Positions 1-12,841 of a stretch of DNA of 64,000 nucleotides are shown one piece after another. A program made the translations under genes and the position numbers. How positions within the stretch are numbered: position 1 is the stretch's first letter; each line of letters begins with the position of its first letter. Source of the stretch: Octopus vulgaris (Eukaryota); NCBI GenBank assembly GCA_951406725.2, contig OX597814.1, positions 192,882,001 to 192,946,000 on the forward strand, in the 5' to 3' direction. The notes beneath the pieces were generated by a model. The model made no database searches and was not told the origin of the DNA. It worked only from the letters and a program-made list of their open reading frames with translations.

Positions 1-322
1 ATAATAATAATAATGTGACAAATTAATTCATAGAAGGTTCGTTAGCTTTTTCCCCTTTTTTGCAATTAACGTTGACACATGTCCTTCTTAATAGGTGACG
101 CATAGAATATTTGTCCTCCAGAAACACAAGCACTCATACATACATACATACATGTCTGAATGTGTGTGTATGTGAATGTGTGTACCTGCATTTGTGTATG
201 TATGAGTGTAATAGTTTTGGATAAGAAATATTCTATAGGCTTCAGTTATTAAAGAATGGTCAGCAGGGTGCCTGTCAAAATTAACTGCAGAGAAGCAAAC
301 TCGATTCCACCACCACTCACAA

Positions 323-324
<2 letters not shown>

Positions 325-413
<89 letters not shown>

Positions 414-512
414 TATATATATACACACACATATATATATATATATACACACATATATATATATACATATACACACATATATATATACATATACACATAT
501 ATATATACATAT

Positions 513-569
<57 letters not shown>

Positions 570-600
570 TATATACATATATATATACATATATATATAA
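325..600. repeat. (CT)n followed by compound (TA)n/(CATA)n microsatellite
   Basis: Direct reading of the repeats; explains the YIYI/RERE ORFs here. Confidence 0.97.
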
Positions 601-749
601 AACATACGTAAATATGCGTACATACACGCATTATAATAGAATACGATTGGTTTCTCGAACAAGTAGAGTGTGCTTATGAACCGTATATCTATTAATGAAT
701 AATACTTAAAGGTTCCTACTGCCTACAACTATTCATCACACACACACGC

Positions 750-795
<46 letters not shown>

Positions 796-832
796 ATGTA
801 CATGCGTTTATGTAGTCATATTAAGATGAATG

Positions 833-864
<32 letters not shown>

Positions 865-1726
865 CATACATGTATGTATCTATGTATGCATACATGTATC
901 CATGCAATTATGTATGTATGTATGTATGTGTGTATGTATGTATGTGTAAAGATTGTACGCATACATAAGCACAGATATACAAATACGCGATATCAGAGTA
1001 AAACAGTTTATGTGTAAAGAGCTATTGTCTAAGAAAAGAAACACAACAGAGAAAAAGAGTGACAAAAAAAAAAAGGAACGACAGAGAGAAAGCAAGGGAG
1101 AGAGGGGGAAGAAAAAGAGAAAGAGAAAGAGATAGACAGAGACAGAGAACGAGAGAGTGAGAGAGGAAGAGAGAGAGAAAACTGACAGAAAATGAAACGA
1201 AGCGAGTGAAAGGACGAGATTTATTGCAAAATTTCTGACAAACTATTTTACGGTTTAATTTGTAAACCTATTCGTCGGAAAGAATAAACTAAATAGTATA
1301 AATTCAAGTCAGAAAATGTTTGTCATGAATTATTGCGAACAGCTGTTGGCTGTTAATAGTTATTTCTATAATGTCTAAAGGCTAAACAATTTCGAAACGT
1401 CACAGATAATTTCAATGTCGGCAGAAATGTTGGCAGACGACTGGTAGTAATTGTGTCTTATAGTCATCATTTCATTAAAGTGAAATTCATGATTGATGCT
1501 CGTTGATTTGGCTGATGTGGCGTGGATAATGAATATATACATATCTCTAGAAATTTCCACAAATAATTATGATGTAAGTACGCTTGCTAAGTTAATCTCC
1601 ATTTCTCATATCATTCGTACAAACGTCACAGACAGCAGCAGTAACAGACTAGCGACGGTGGTGCCTCTAAGTGGTCATTAGGCAAAGTAAAACTGAAGAG
1701 GAAATTTCCCTCAAATCCCACTCTAA

Positions 1727-2118
1727 TCTTTATATATAAAAGTAAGGTTGTGTGTCTGTCTCCTACGATTTAGATTCCTAACTACTCCCACATTTTGCGG
1801 TGCAGTTTAACCAAAACCGGGTATCTTATAGTCGTGATTCATATCGAGCCCTTCTGGGTATTAGCGCGCGTCTACGATGAGTCTACGATTTTAAAAATAA
1901 TTTACCATCATTTTTTCCATTTTAATGCATATTTTTTAAATATAAGGGAAGTAACTCTCTAAAAATGTCTACGATGAGTCAACGATTTAAAAAAAAAATT
2001 ACCATAATTTTTTTCCCATTTTTAATGCATTTTTTGCTATTTTTTGGCTATAACTCTCTAAAAATGCTTTATAGTTATTTCCCTTACAAACCCGAGCAAC
2101 GCCGGGCGATACTACTAG
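1727..2118 (+). mobile_element. Non-autonomous Helitron
   Basis: Starts A|TCTTTATATATAAAAG. Ends with a subterminal hairpin CCCGAGCAACGCCGGG (2091-2106), then CTAG|T (2115-2118). No TSD. Internal ~65-bp duplication (~1870 and ~1967). Confidence 0.8.
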
Positions 2119-2387
2119 TACATAATATTAAACTAAGAGGCGCAGGCGTAGGTGTGTGTCATTAAGAAGCTTATTTCCCAACCTTGCGGGTTTGCATTCA
2201 GCTCCGCTGCTCAGCACCTTGGACAAGTGTCTTCTCCCATAGTCCCGAACCGACCAAATCCTTGTGAGTGGATTTCGTAGACAGAAACTGTGTGTATTTC
2301 CATTATAGGTAGGGCCAACAAGACAAAATACTCCATTCAGTGAGAGATGAAAATCATTTACTATACACAATTGCGAAAGAGCTACTA

Positions 2388-2636
2388 ACTCTTTTACTCT
2401 TTTACTTGTTTCAGTCATTTGACTGTGGCCATGCTGGAGCACCGCCTTTAGTCGAGCAAATCGACCCCAGGACTTATTCTTTGTAAGCCTAGTACTTATT
2501 CAATCGGTCACTTTTGCCGAACCGCTAAGTTACGGGGACGTAAACACACCAGCACCGGTTGTCAAACGATGGTGGGGTGACAAACACAGACACACAAACA
2601 TATATACACACACACACATACATACATACATACATT

Positions 2637-2667
<31 letters not shown>

Positions 2668-2830
2668 GACGGTCTTCTTTCAGTTTCCGTCTACCAAATC
2701 CACTCACAAGGCTTTGATCGGCCCGAGGCTATACTAGAAGACACTTGCTCAAGGTGCCATACAATGGGACTGAACCCGGAACCATGTGATTGGTAAGTAA
2801 GCTACTTACCACACAGCCACGCTTACGCCT
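2388..2830 (-). mobile_element. SINE family A (tRNA-derived, internal TA/TG microsatellite, GTAAAAGA-type tail)
   Basis: Reverse complement of the copies at 4528, 7483, 10372 and 27698; Pol III box-like head GTGGCTGTGTGGTAAG...CCGGGTTCAGTCCC. Confidence 0.9.
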
Positions 2831-3651
2831 ATAAAAATAGATTAGCTGACCTACCGTGACTAGGATTCGAACCTCGGTTGCCACCGATCACGACCAAAAG
2901 ACTGTTTCATGTTTTAAGATGCATTAAATTGTCAGATTTATATAACATGCCATATATTTCCAAGCAATTTTTCAGGCTCAGTGTGTAACATTAAATGTAT
3001 TGAAAACCAGGACGCTGGCGTATGAGAAAACATGAGAAAAAAATGTGAAGAAGAAATGCGAGCACTTGCATGTCTTTGAGTTTGCGTTTGTTCCACGCCA
3101 CTCCTTGACAGCCATTATTGGTTTGTTCGTATCCTCGTAACATAGCGGTTTGGCAAAAGAGACAGACAGAATATGTACCAAGGTTAAAAAAAGTAAATAC
3201 TGGGATTGATTTGTTTGACTAAACTCTTCAAGGCAAAATATGAAAATGGCTGCAGTCCAATGAATGAAAAAGTAGCAGTTAAAAGGACGAAGCGACCCTA
3301 ATTATGTTAATCATATCTTTTATATCTTTAATTTGTTTCAGTCATTAGACTGCGACCTTGCTGGGGCACCACTTTGAAGAATTTTTGACGAACGAATCGA
3401 CCCCAGTACATTTTTTAAAAAACCCAGTACTTATTCTATCGGTCTCTTTCTCTGAATCGCTAAGTCACGGGACATAAATACACCAAGCGATGGCGGGATG
3501 CAAAAACAGACGCAAAGACGCACACATAGATATACACAACACTATATATATACTTGCAGTAATACCCGTCGTTGATCAGGTAATTACTTTTAATTTTTTT
3601 CGGGAGCCACATTCAAAGTATTATTTTATATATAATTTACTCCTCCTGTAT

Positions 3652-4068
3652 GTGTAATAATTGAAGTAGGAAAAAGACCAATTTCATACATGAACTTCTG
3701 TTTGTTTATTATATGACAAGTGAGTTGTATGTGTTATTTCATTTATTAATACAGTAATGGTATTTATATAATATTGTTATAAGAGAAAAACATGTAATAA
3801 TTGAAGTTGGAAAAAGTTCGAATTCGTACATGAATTTGTGTTTGTTTATTATATGATAATAATAAGTGAGTTTTATCTGTCATTTTATTTATCAATACAG
3901 TAGTGGCAATTATACAATATATTTATAATAGAAAACATGTAATAATTGAAGTAGAAAAAGAGCAATTTCATTCATGAGCTTCTGTTTATTTATATTATAT
4001 GATAATAATAAATGAGTTGCACGTGTTATTGTATTTATCAATACAGCAATGGCAATTATATAATACAG
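3652..4068. repeat. Three diverged ~140-145-bp tandem units in the Helitron 3' region
   Basis: TGTAATAATTGAAGT..AAAAAG recurs at ~3653, ~3793 and ~3937. Confidence 0.85.
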
Positions 4069-4527
4069 TTCATTTAACTAGGTAATTTACTCAATCTTGA
4101 ATGTAATGATAGTAATGGTAAATTAAGTTATAGAAGTATTCATGTTGCATTAAGAATGAATATTTCTTTATAAACAATGTTTTTATTTTATTTCGGTGTG
4201 CATAAGCAGAAAGATTTGCTTTTGCTCCTACACATAATGCTCCTACATAAAGTTGGCCATGTGAAAACCATGGTTGTTCAAGTTGCAATGCAGCAACTTA
4301 TAGTGTTTATTAACGCTTATGACAAAAGAAACTCGAATAGGAAACTGTAACCGTTAAAATTGGAATGGGACAGTAGATGGTATAACTGGTATGCGAGGAC
4401 TGAAGACGGTCTCACCTTTACCACAACCAGTGAGAATAATTGCCTCAATGCTGTTCCTAAAAAAGTTTGTGCGCAATTAATCTTGCACCATTGCATAATT
4501 TTGGTTGAGACAAATTACGCAATAGCA

Positions 4528-4936
4528 GGAGTGGCTGTATGGTAAGTAGCTTGCTAACCAACCACATGTTTCCGGGTTCAGTCCCACTGCGTGGCATCTT
4601 GGGCAAGTGTTTTCTGCTATAGCCCCGGGCCGACCAATGCCTTGTGAGTGGATTTAGTAGACGGAAACTGAAAAAAGCCTGTCGTATATATGTATATATA
4701 TATATGTATGTGTGTGTATATGTTTGTGTGTCTGTGTTTGTCCCCCTAGCATCGCTTGACAACCGATGCTGGCGTGTTTACGTCCCCGTCGCTTAGCGGT
4801 TCGGCAAAAGAGACCGATAGAATAAGTACTGGGCTTACAAAGAATAAGTCCCAGGGTCGATTTGCTCGACTAAAGGCGGTGCTCCAGCATGGCCGCAGTC
4901 AAATGACTGAAACAAGTAAAAAAGTAAAAGAGTAAA
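4528..4936 (+). mobile_element. SINE family A inserted into the Helitron helicase
   Basis: Near-full A copy; removing it rejoins the helicase frame IPFM-LLRN. Confidence 0.92.
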
Positions 4937-6126
4937 GAGCATAAATGGAATCCACTTTTGCAGCTGAAGACAATGAGGATCTCTACCTGGTGGTTGTAGT
5001 GAATTAAAAAATTCGATGGGGTAGTTAACAATATCCTGATCATCAACAACACTGTCAATTGATTTATAAGTGAATATTTCTCCCGGACGTTTATTCACTA
5101 GGATATTATTAATGCTATGTACAGCAACATTTTTTCGAGGACAGAAATTTAGTAAAAAAAAAAAAAGAAAACTTGTGGATACTTTCCAGTTGAGCAGATT
5201 TATGATTAAAGCTGCTTCATTAATAGTCATTCCTTCTGTTTAAGAACATTTTGGACTGCATTATTCAATTTGTCCTTGTTAGGCAACTGGTCTGCCTTAA
5301 TGTAGTAAAACTATGATGAAAGACATTCTAACGAAACCACCATGTCTTTTGTAAATCTGGGACTACATCATCCCATATTTCCTTCTTACTTTAAAACAGT
5401 AAGGTGTGGTTTAAGGGAAATTTGGGTGTTATTTCTAGCAGGTGGAAAGACTGTGTAAAGACTCATTCCTTATCACATTACAATCGTAGAGAATTAGGAT
5501 GACCATCTGATACAGAAGTTCATTGACTGTCTAACACAGAATCACAAACTAGAAAGAGAAAATTAAAAAAAGAAACCATGCATTGCTTGTTTTGTTGTAT
5601 AGCACCAAATCATTATGTGAAGGCGAGTGGCCTAGTGGTTAGGATGTGGTACTCACGATCAAAAGGTCATGGTTTCAACTCCTGAACTATTACCACGAGG
5701 TCGATTGTGTTCTCGAGCAAAACACTTCATTTTCCGTTGCTCTGCGTTCACTTCGACTTCTGAAGCGTGACACGCCGTGCCATTGTACACGTAATGTCGA
5801 CTTGATAGCAGAGAGGGATTAGAATGTTACAGGATAGACTCGCAAGACGCATTCGTCAACTGGCAAGATACCTAAGGTTAGACAGGGGGTTCTCATTCAG
5901 TTTTATCTTTGGACCCCTTTGATTACTATTTTATTCCGGTGGATCCCATAGGCCATTTTATATTAAAAATCTAATTTAAAATAAGCCGCTTTCAAAATTC
6001 CAATTTTGTTTTTCACACATTAACTTACGTAGGTTGAATGTTCGAGAAAGGAACCTAGTTGGATCTAGCAATACATATCAATACAAACATCTAAAGCAAA
6101 ATTTTTTCAGGGGGCCTTAAAATACT

Positions 6127-7069
6127 AGGAGAAAAACAATTAGTTTTAAATCTCTGAGCGAGAAATAAGTAGTAACAGTACTACAGAGTAAAGTCTATTT
6201 GCCAACGTAAAGTGGCTGTCCTGATTAGGACGGTGTTACTACCTTTTTAACCCCAGGAAAACATCTTTTCCAGCTGGCTATCGACGCACATCTTATACTT
6301 CGAATAAAGGAGCTAATGTCTCCACTCATCCTTCAACGGTATCTGCAGTTTTTGGGTTATTTCCCTTCCTTGGCACAGGATAACCGTTGGCTATAGAGAT
6401 GACCGCATTAGGCTTTCTTCGAAGTAAATACTTTTAAAGTGACACACTGTCACTGATCTCGTAAGAGATCAGTAACAATTAGTTCTAAATCTCATTAGTT
6501 GTAAATTGTTGAATTTACAACTAGACAATTAGTTGTAAATTGCTGAAAAACAATTAGCTGCAAATCTCTGAGCGAGAAATAAGTATTAACAATACTACAG
6601 AGTAAAGACTATTTGCCAACGTAAAGAGCCAGCTGGAAAAGATGTTTTCCTGGGGCTAAAAAAGATAGTAACACCGTCTTAATCGAGACTCACTTTACGT
6701 TGGCAAATAGACTTTACTCTGTAGTACTGTTTCTACTTATTTCTCGTTCAGAGACTTAAAACTAATTGTTTTTCTCCTTACGAGGTCAATAACTATGTGT
6801 CACATTAAAAGTACATACTTCGAACAAGGCCTAGTGCTGTCATCTCTAACCAACGGTTATCCTGTGCCAATGAAGTGAAATAACCCAGAAACCATTGGTC
6901 TGCAGGTACTGTTTAAGGCTGAGTGGGGACATTAGCTCCCTTGTTCGAGGTATAAGGACGCAGTTGTGCGTCGATAGCCAGCTGGAAAAGATGTTTTCCT
7001 GGGGCTAAAAAAAGGTAGTAACACCGTCCTAATCAGGACTCCCACTTTACATTGGTAAATAGACTTTAC
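6127..7069. mobile_element. ~349-bp tandem + inverted non-coding element with degenerate hammerhead (retrozyme-like / non-autonomous Penelope-like)
   Basis: AGCCAGCTGGAAAAGATG at 6627 and 6976 gives a period of 349. 6127-6475 and 6546-6626 are reverse-complement copies. HHR-like core at 6861-6906. Confidence 0.6.
6861..6906 (+). ncRNA. Degenerate type-I hammerhead ribozyme motif
   Basis: CCTGTG-CCAATGA-AGTG AAATAA CCCA-GAAA-CCA T TGG-TC-TGCAGG. Stems I and III and the GUC site are present; the core differs from CUGANGA at two positions. Confidence 0.5.
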
Positions 7070-7194
7070 CCTTAAAATACTATTGCGGACAATTTCCTGT
7101 TGTCTTGCATGGACCTCTCCCCCAAATCTTATATGGATCCTCAAGGGTCATATGGACACTGGTTGAGAAAAAAAAAGAAGGTTGAATAATATTC

Positions 7195-7342
7195 AAGGTC
7201 TTAGTCACACTTGGGAATCAAGCTGGAAGACTAATGACAGTTACTTCTGCGAGGACCCTATGAAGAAAGTGCCTGAAGAGTCTTTCCCTACGACCCGCCA
7301 GCCGGGGGTAGTGGGCAGAAAGGATGGATGGATGGATGGATG
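7195..7342 (+). mobile_element. RTE-clade (Expander-like) LINE extreme 3' end
   Basis: Decayed HLGIKLED..SLSLRP-like C-terminus followed by a (TGGA)n tail. Confidence 0.45.
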
Positions 7343-7482
7343 GAAGTGGGTTAGTATGGACAATCAAATCGAATAGATCATTCGAGGTCACCTGTTTACG
7401 GCCAGCAGAAGGGAAAGTAAAAAAGTAAAAAATAAAATAAGTCGCCGGACAAGACATGAATGATAAAAAGAAAAAAATTCAA

Positions 7483-7950
<468 letters not shown>

Positions 7951-8154
7951 AAGAAAACACGTACAATACTCATTTATTTTTATTAAAGAAAATTAAAAGT
8001 TCGCCTCATTTTTGATATTTTCAGCTTCATTAATCATAATAATACATTTCTCATAACTATAACAATACTTTTATCATAACTTTTAATTGTTTTGATAAAA
8101 ATAAATGAGTATTGTACGTGTTTTCTATTTTTCATAAATGCATACCTACTTTTG

Positions 8155-8460
8155 TGGAGCACATGGCCTAGTGGTTAGAGCAGCGGACTCGCGGTCGAGG
8201 GATCGCGGGTTCGAATCTCAGACCGGGTGATGTGTGTGTTTATGAGCGAAAACACCTAAGTTCCACGCGGCTCCGCCAGAAGGTAATGGCGAACTTCTGC
8301 TGACTCTTTCGCCACAACTTTCTGTCACTCTTTCCTCCTGCATCTTGCAGCTTACCTGCGACGGACCGGCGTCCCGTCCAGGTGGGGAACCTATACGCCA
8401 AGGAAACCGGGAAACTGGCCCTGATGAGCCAGGCGTGGCTCGAGAAGGAACAAACAACAT
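8155..8460 (+). mobile_element. SINE family C (tRNA-like head TGGCCTAGTGGTTAG..GGTTCGAATC), tail variant
   Basis: Box A/box B head shared with 10820, 29300, 35262 and 58322. Confidence 0.85.
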
Positions 8461-9489
8461 ACCTTCTTTTGCACCCCACTGTATAATAGTTTTTAGACTG
8501 TGGGGTTCAGTGGAGGAAAACAGAAATTAAAGGGGGTCCATAGGAAAAAATGGTAGCTAACCACTGTTTTAGAGTAAAACGGATTGATAATGAACAAGTG
8601 CAACGTAGGGCAGTAATAACAACATAGATATTGAAAAACTAAAAGAAGGTCACAGTTATTGCATTCTCTGTTAAATAACTATGAAGATGAAGGCTCTCTA
8701 GCAGTGTGTTAAAAAACTGGGTAGCTCTTGAGTAATATTAGTTTCAGATTTTGGCACAAGGCCAGTAAATTTAGGGGAGGTGGGTCTAGTCGATTACATT
8801 GACGCCGAAGGAATGAGAAGGTCAAGTCGACCTTGGCGGAATTTGAATTCAGAACGTAAGGACAGACGAAATTCTGCTAAGCATTTTGCCCGCTAAGCAT
8901 TTTGCTAACGATTCTGCTAGCTCGGAAAAAAAGACCCCCTTCAGTCACGAATGACCATGGGATTGCACCTAGAAAGTTCCCCTCCGAGACACAAATCCGG
9001 GCAAAGTTGTTTATGGAAGACTAACAGTTACCCATGTATCCAGCCTACCCTGATGCCTGGGTGACTGTTCGATAATATTGATTTCATATATAGGAGCAGT
9101 TTGATGTGATAGAGCCGATAATATGGATCTCAATTCTCCATTGTTAAGTATTTCAACAACCCTGGAAAAATAAAAGGCAGAGGTAACCTTGGCAGGATTC
9201 GAAATTAAAACATAAAAGATACCTACTAAATTTCAGTAGGTATTTTGTTTGGTATTAGTAATATTGATTTGTCCCCAAGCACAAGGCCAGTAATTTCGAG
9301 GGAGGGTAAGTCTGTTAGATCGACCCCAATGCTCAACTGGTACTTAATTTATTGACCCCGAAAGGATGAAAGGCAAAGTCGACTGCGGTGGAATTTGAAC
9401 TCAGAGCGTAAGAACGGACGAAATGCCGGTAAGCATTTCGCCGGGCGTGCTAACAATTCTGCCAGCTCGCCTTTATGGTAATTAGTAAT

Positions 9490-9706
9490 ATTCTTTTCTA
9501 CACTAGGCACGAGGCCTGAAATTTTGGGGGCGGGGGCCAGTCGATTACATCGACCCCAGTGCGTAACTGGTACTTATTTAATCGATCCCGAAAGGATGAA
9601 AGGCAAAGTCGACCTCGGCGGAATTTGAACCCAGAACGTAACGGCAGACGAAATACCGCTAGGCATTTCGCCCGGCGTGCTAACGTCTTTTCAAGCTCAC
9701 CGCCTT
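9490..9706 (-). mobile_element. SINE family B (core GTCGACTTTGCCTTTCATCCTTTCGGGGTCGAT)
   Basis: Core recurs more than 25 times in the window; neighbouring copies at ~8740-8922 and ~9270-9472. Confidence 0.9.
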
Positions 9707-10371
9707 AACAGTAATTAGTAATATTGGTAACAAATAGATGAGTAAACCTTTTTTCAAAACTTTTGAATTATTTCAGTCTTTAGAGTACGACCATGCTGGG
9801 GCACTGCCTTGGAGGGGTTTTAGTCGAACAAATCAAACTCAGACCATATTCTTTTTAAAGTCTAGTGTTTATTCTATAAGTTTCTTTTGACGTACAGTGT
9901 CCGTCTATTAAATTCACTCAAAGCGCATTTGTCGGCCCGGGGCTATAGTTGAAGACACTTGCTCAAGGTGCCATACAGTAGGACTGAACCTGAAATCAAT
10001 TGGTTGCAAAGTAAGCTTCTTAACCACACAGCCATGCCACACGCTTTGCGGTAAAAAAAAGTCGACCTCTGCAGAATTTGAACTCAGAACGTAAAGACGG
10101 AAGAGATGCCGCTAAGCATTTTATCCGGTGAGATATCGATAAATTACAATATCGTTAGAAAAGAGAAAGAAGAAAGAAAGTATTGTAGACGGAAACATGT
10201 AATCACGGAGACAATGATGTAACGTGGGTATATTTCGATATTATATATTCTATATTTCCAAATTTTCCAATTTAGAATTAAAATATTCAAGGAAAGAAAA
10301 ATCGTCTACCACAGAAAATTAACAACAAAAGCAGTTATAATAGCGACAAAAACAACAAAAAGATAAGCAAC

Positions 10372-10765
10372 AGGCGTAGGAGTGGCTGTGTGGTAAGTAG
10401 CTTGCTTACGAACCACATAGTTCCGGGTTCAGTCCCACTGGGTGGCACCTTGGACAAGTGTCTTCTACTATAGCCTCGGGCCGACCAAAGCCTTGTGAGT
10501 GGTTTTGGTAGACGGAAACTGAAAGAAGCCCGTCGTATATATACGTATGTGTGTGTGTGTGTGTGTTTATATGTTTGTCTGTGTTTGTCCCCCCAACATC
10601 ACTTGCCAACCGATGCTGGTGTGTTTACGTCCCTATAATTTAGCGGTTCGGCAAAAGAGAACGATAGAATAAGTACTAGGCTTACAAAGAATTTGCTCGA
10701 CTAAAGATGGTTGCTCCAGCATGGCCACAGTCAAATGATTGAAACAAGTAAAATAGTAAGAGTGT
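10372..10765 (+). mobile_element. SINE family A
   Basis: Full head GGCGTAGGAGTGGCTGTGTGGTAAG through to the tail. Confidence 0.92.
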
Positions 10766-10814
10766 AACAGCCAAATGACAGCTATTAACATACATAAGTT
10801 GATAACGATAAACT

Positions 10815-11100
10815 TTGCCCTTTTCAAGCCTAGCCAGGCTCATGGGCCCGGTTTCCCGGTTTCTGTGGCGTATGTGTTCCCCCCAGCTGGACGCAGCGTT
10901 ACTCAAGAAACAGGAAGAGTGAGTGAGAGAAAGTTGCAGCGAAAGAGTACAACAGAGGTCACCACCACCCCCTGTCGGAGCCTCGTGGAGCTTTTAGGTG
11001 TTTTCGCTCAATAAACACATACAACGCCAGGTCTGGGAATCGAAACTGCGATCCTCCGACTGCGAGTCCGCCGCCCTAACCACTGGGCCATTGCGCCTCC
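10815..11100 (-). mobile_element. SINE family C with an alternative tail
   Basis: C head; tail CCCATGAGCCTGG(C/G)TAGGCTT shared with the D-type copy at ~28968-29212. Confidence 0.85.
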
Positions 11101-11668
11101 ACACATAAGTTGAAGTTGTAATTTTCCCCCTCGAGCTCTAATCATCTATGCATATCGAACACTGATCTTTAAAAAAAAAATACGCATCAAATATTAAGAG
11201 AAACACTGAAGTTGTCATCATCAATCAGTATGACCATCTCAAGATGGCGGAACTCTGACATACAGACGAGAGCTTTTATCTTCATAGTAATTAGATTCCA
11301 ACAAAGATAAATGCTTTTGATTCAAATGAGATTAAATTACAGTCTGAGGTAAATTTAATGATTTATAGCTAACCTCTGTCTGAGTTCATACCAACCATGT
11401 TGATGGGATAGATTTATCTGATAGATACACTATAGGTGTGGTATTAGTATCCCATCTAAAGACAAATCTCGGGATTGTTTTGTGGAGAGTAATCATTAGC
11501 AAATCAGTTATTCATTATTATTTAACTCGTAGGTTTGGTGGTAAGTGACTGGGAAAGATAAACATCGAGAATATTCTTTCGCTGGTTTCACTTGTTTCAA
11601 TAACTATGTAATTATTGAAACATCGTTTCTATGCAACACAGTATAAGTAGAAACTTTTATCATTGGAA

Positions 11669-12359
11669 AGGCGGTGAGCTGGCGGTATTCCTATCAAGCC
11701 GGCGAGCTGGTAGAAATGCTTAGCAGTATTTCGTCTGCCGTTATGTTCTGAGTTCAAATTCCGCCGAGGTCGACTTTGCCTTTCATACTTTCGGGGTCGA
11801 TAAATTAAGTACCTATTTCTTTATTACCCACAAGGGGCTAAACATAGAGGGGACAAACAAAGACAGACATAGGTATTAAGTCGATTATATCGACCCCAGT
11901 GCGTAACTGGTACTTAATTTATCGACCCCGAAAGGATGAAAGGCAAAGTTGACCTCGGCGGAATTTGAACTCAGAACGTAATGACAGACGAAATACGGCT
12001 ACGCATTTCGCCCGGCGTGCTAACGTTTCTGCCAGCTCGCCGCCTTCAATAAATTAAGTACCAGTTACGCACTGGGGTCGATGTAATCGGCTTAATCCGT
12101 TTGTCTGTCCTTCTTTGACCCCTCTGTGTTTAGCCCCTTGTGGGTAGTAAAGACATAGGTATTCCTATCATGCCGGACAAAACACACAGCGTTAGTTCAT
12201 CTGTCTTTACGTTCTGATTTCAAATGTCGTCGAGGTCGACTTTGCCTTTCATCCTTTTCGGGGTCGATGAAATATATATATCAGCTCAGTACTAGGGTCG
12301 ATGTAATCGACTTATTCGCACCACCAAATTTCCATGCATTGTGCCTATTAATAGAAATG

Positions 12360-12415
<56 letters not shown>
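11669..12415. mobile_element. Three nested family-B SINEs ending in an (ATT)n tail
   Basis: Direct repeats GGTATTCCTATCA.GCCGG (~11684/~12158) and ATAAATTAAGTAC (~11800/~12049). Confidence 0.8.
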
Positions 12416-12416
<1 letters not shown>

Positions 12417-12419
12417 GTG

Positions 12420-12745
12420 AAGGCACATGGCTCAATGGTTAGAGTGTCGAGCATATGATCGTGATGTTGTGAGCTCGAATCCCGGACCGGGCTGCGTGTT
12501 GCGTTCTTGAGCTAGACACTTTATTTCGCGTTCACTCAGCTGTAGAAATAAGTTGTGACGTCACAGGTGCCAAGCCGTATAGGCCCTTGCCTTTCCCTGG
12601 ATAACACTGGTGGCGTGGAGAGGGGAGGCCGGTATGCATGGGCGACTGCTGGTCTTCCATAAACAACCTTGCCCGGACTTGTGCCTGGGAGGGTAACTTT
12701 CTAGGTGCAATCCCATGGTCTGTGTCGTGACCGAAGGGGGTCTCA
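12420..12745 (+). mobile_element. SINE family D (head TGGCTCARTGGTTAGAG..CTCGAATCC)
   Basis: Near-identical to 16668-17055; tail fragment on the minus strand at ~8935-9050. Confidence 0.88.
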
Positions 12746-12841
12746 GATTATTATTATCAATTTTCGCCGAGGTCGACTTTGCCTTTCATCCTTTCGGGAT
12801 CGACAAAATAAGTACCAGTTGAGCACTGGGGCCGATGTCCT

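Larger units (their letters stand above)
3553..5140 (-). mobile_element. Helitron 3' fragment encoding decayed Pif1-type helicase C-terminus
   Basis: Minus-strand translation KNVAVHSINN..TYKSIDSV..NYPIEFFNSLQPPG..IPFM|LLRNLSQPKLCNGARL..ILTGCGKGETVFSPRIP..RLQFPIRVSF..FSHGQLYVG. 3' hairpin CCTGATCAACGACGGG plus degenerate CAAG|T end at 3553. Confidence 0.88.

Noticed and set aside
88-662. YIYI/RERE ORFs here and at ~54000-55400, ~56600 and ~61000-62700
   Set aside because: Microsatellite translations
5883-7169. hAT-like MITE (CAGGGGGTTCTCA..GGTTGAGAA) hosting the 349-bp element
   Set aside because: Right TIR incomplete and no TSD identifiable; too weak to list
8160-8225. tRNA gene-like sequences (also at ~12425, ~16672, ~29610-29680)
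   Set aside because: SINE heads continuing into repeat bodies; no complete cloverleaf evident
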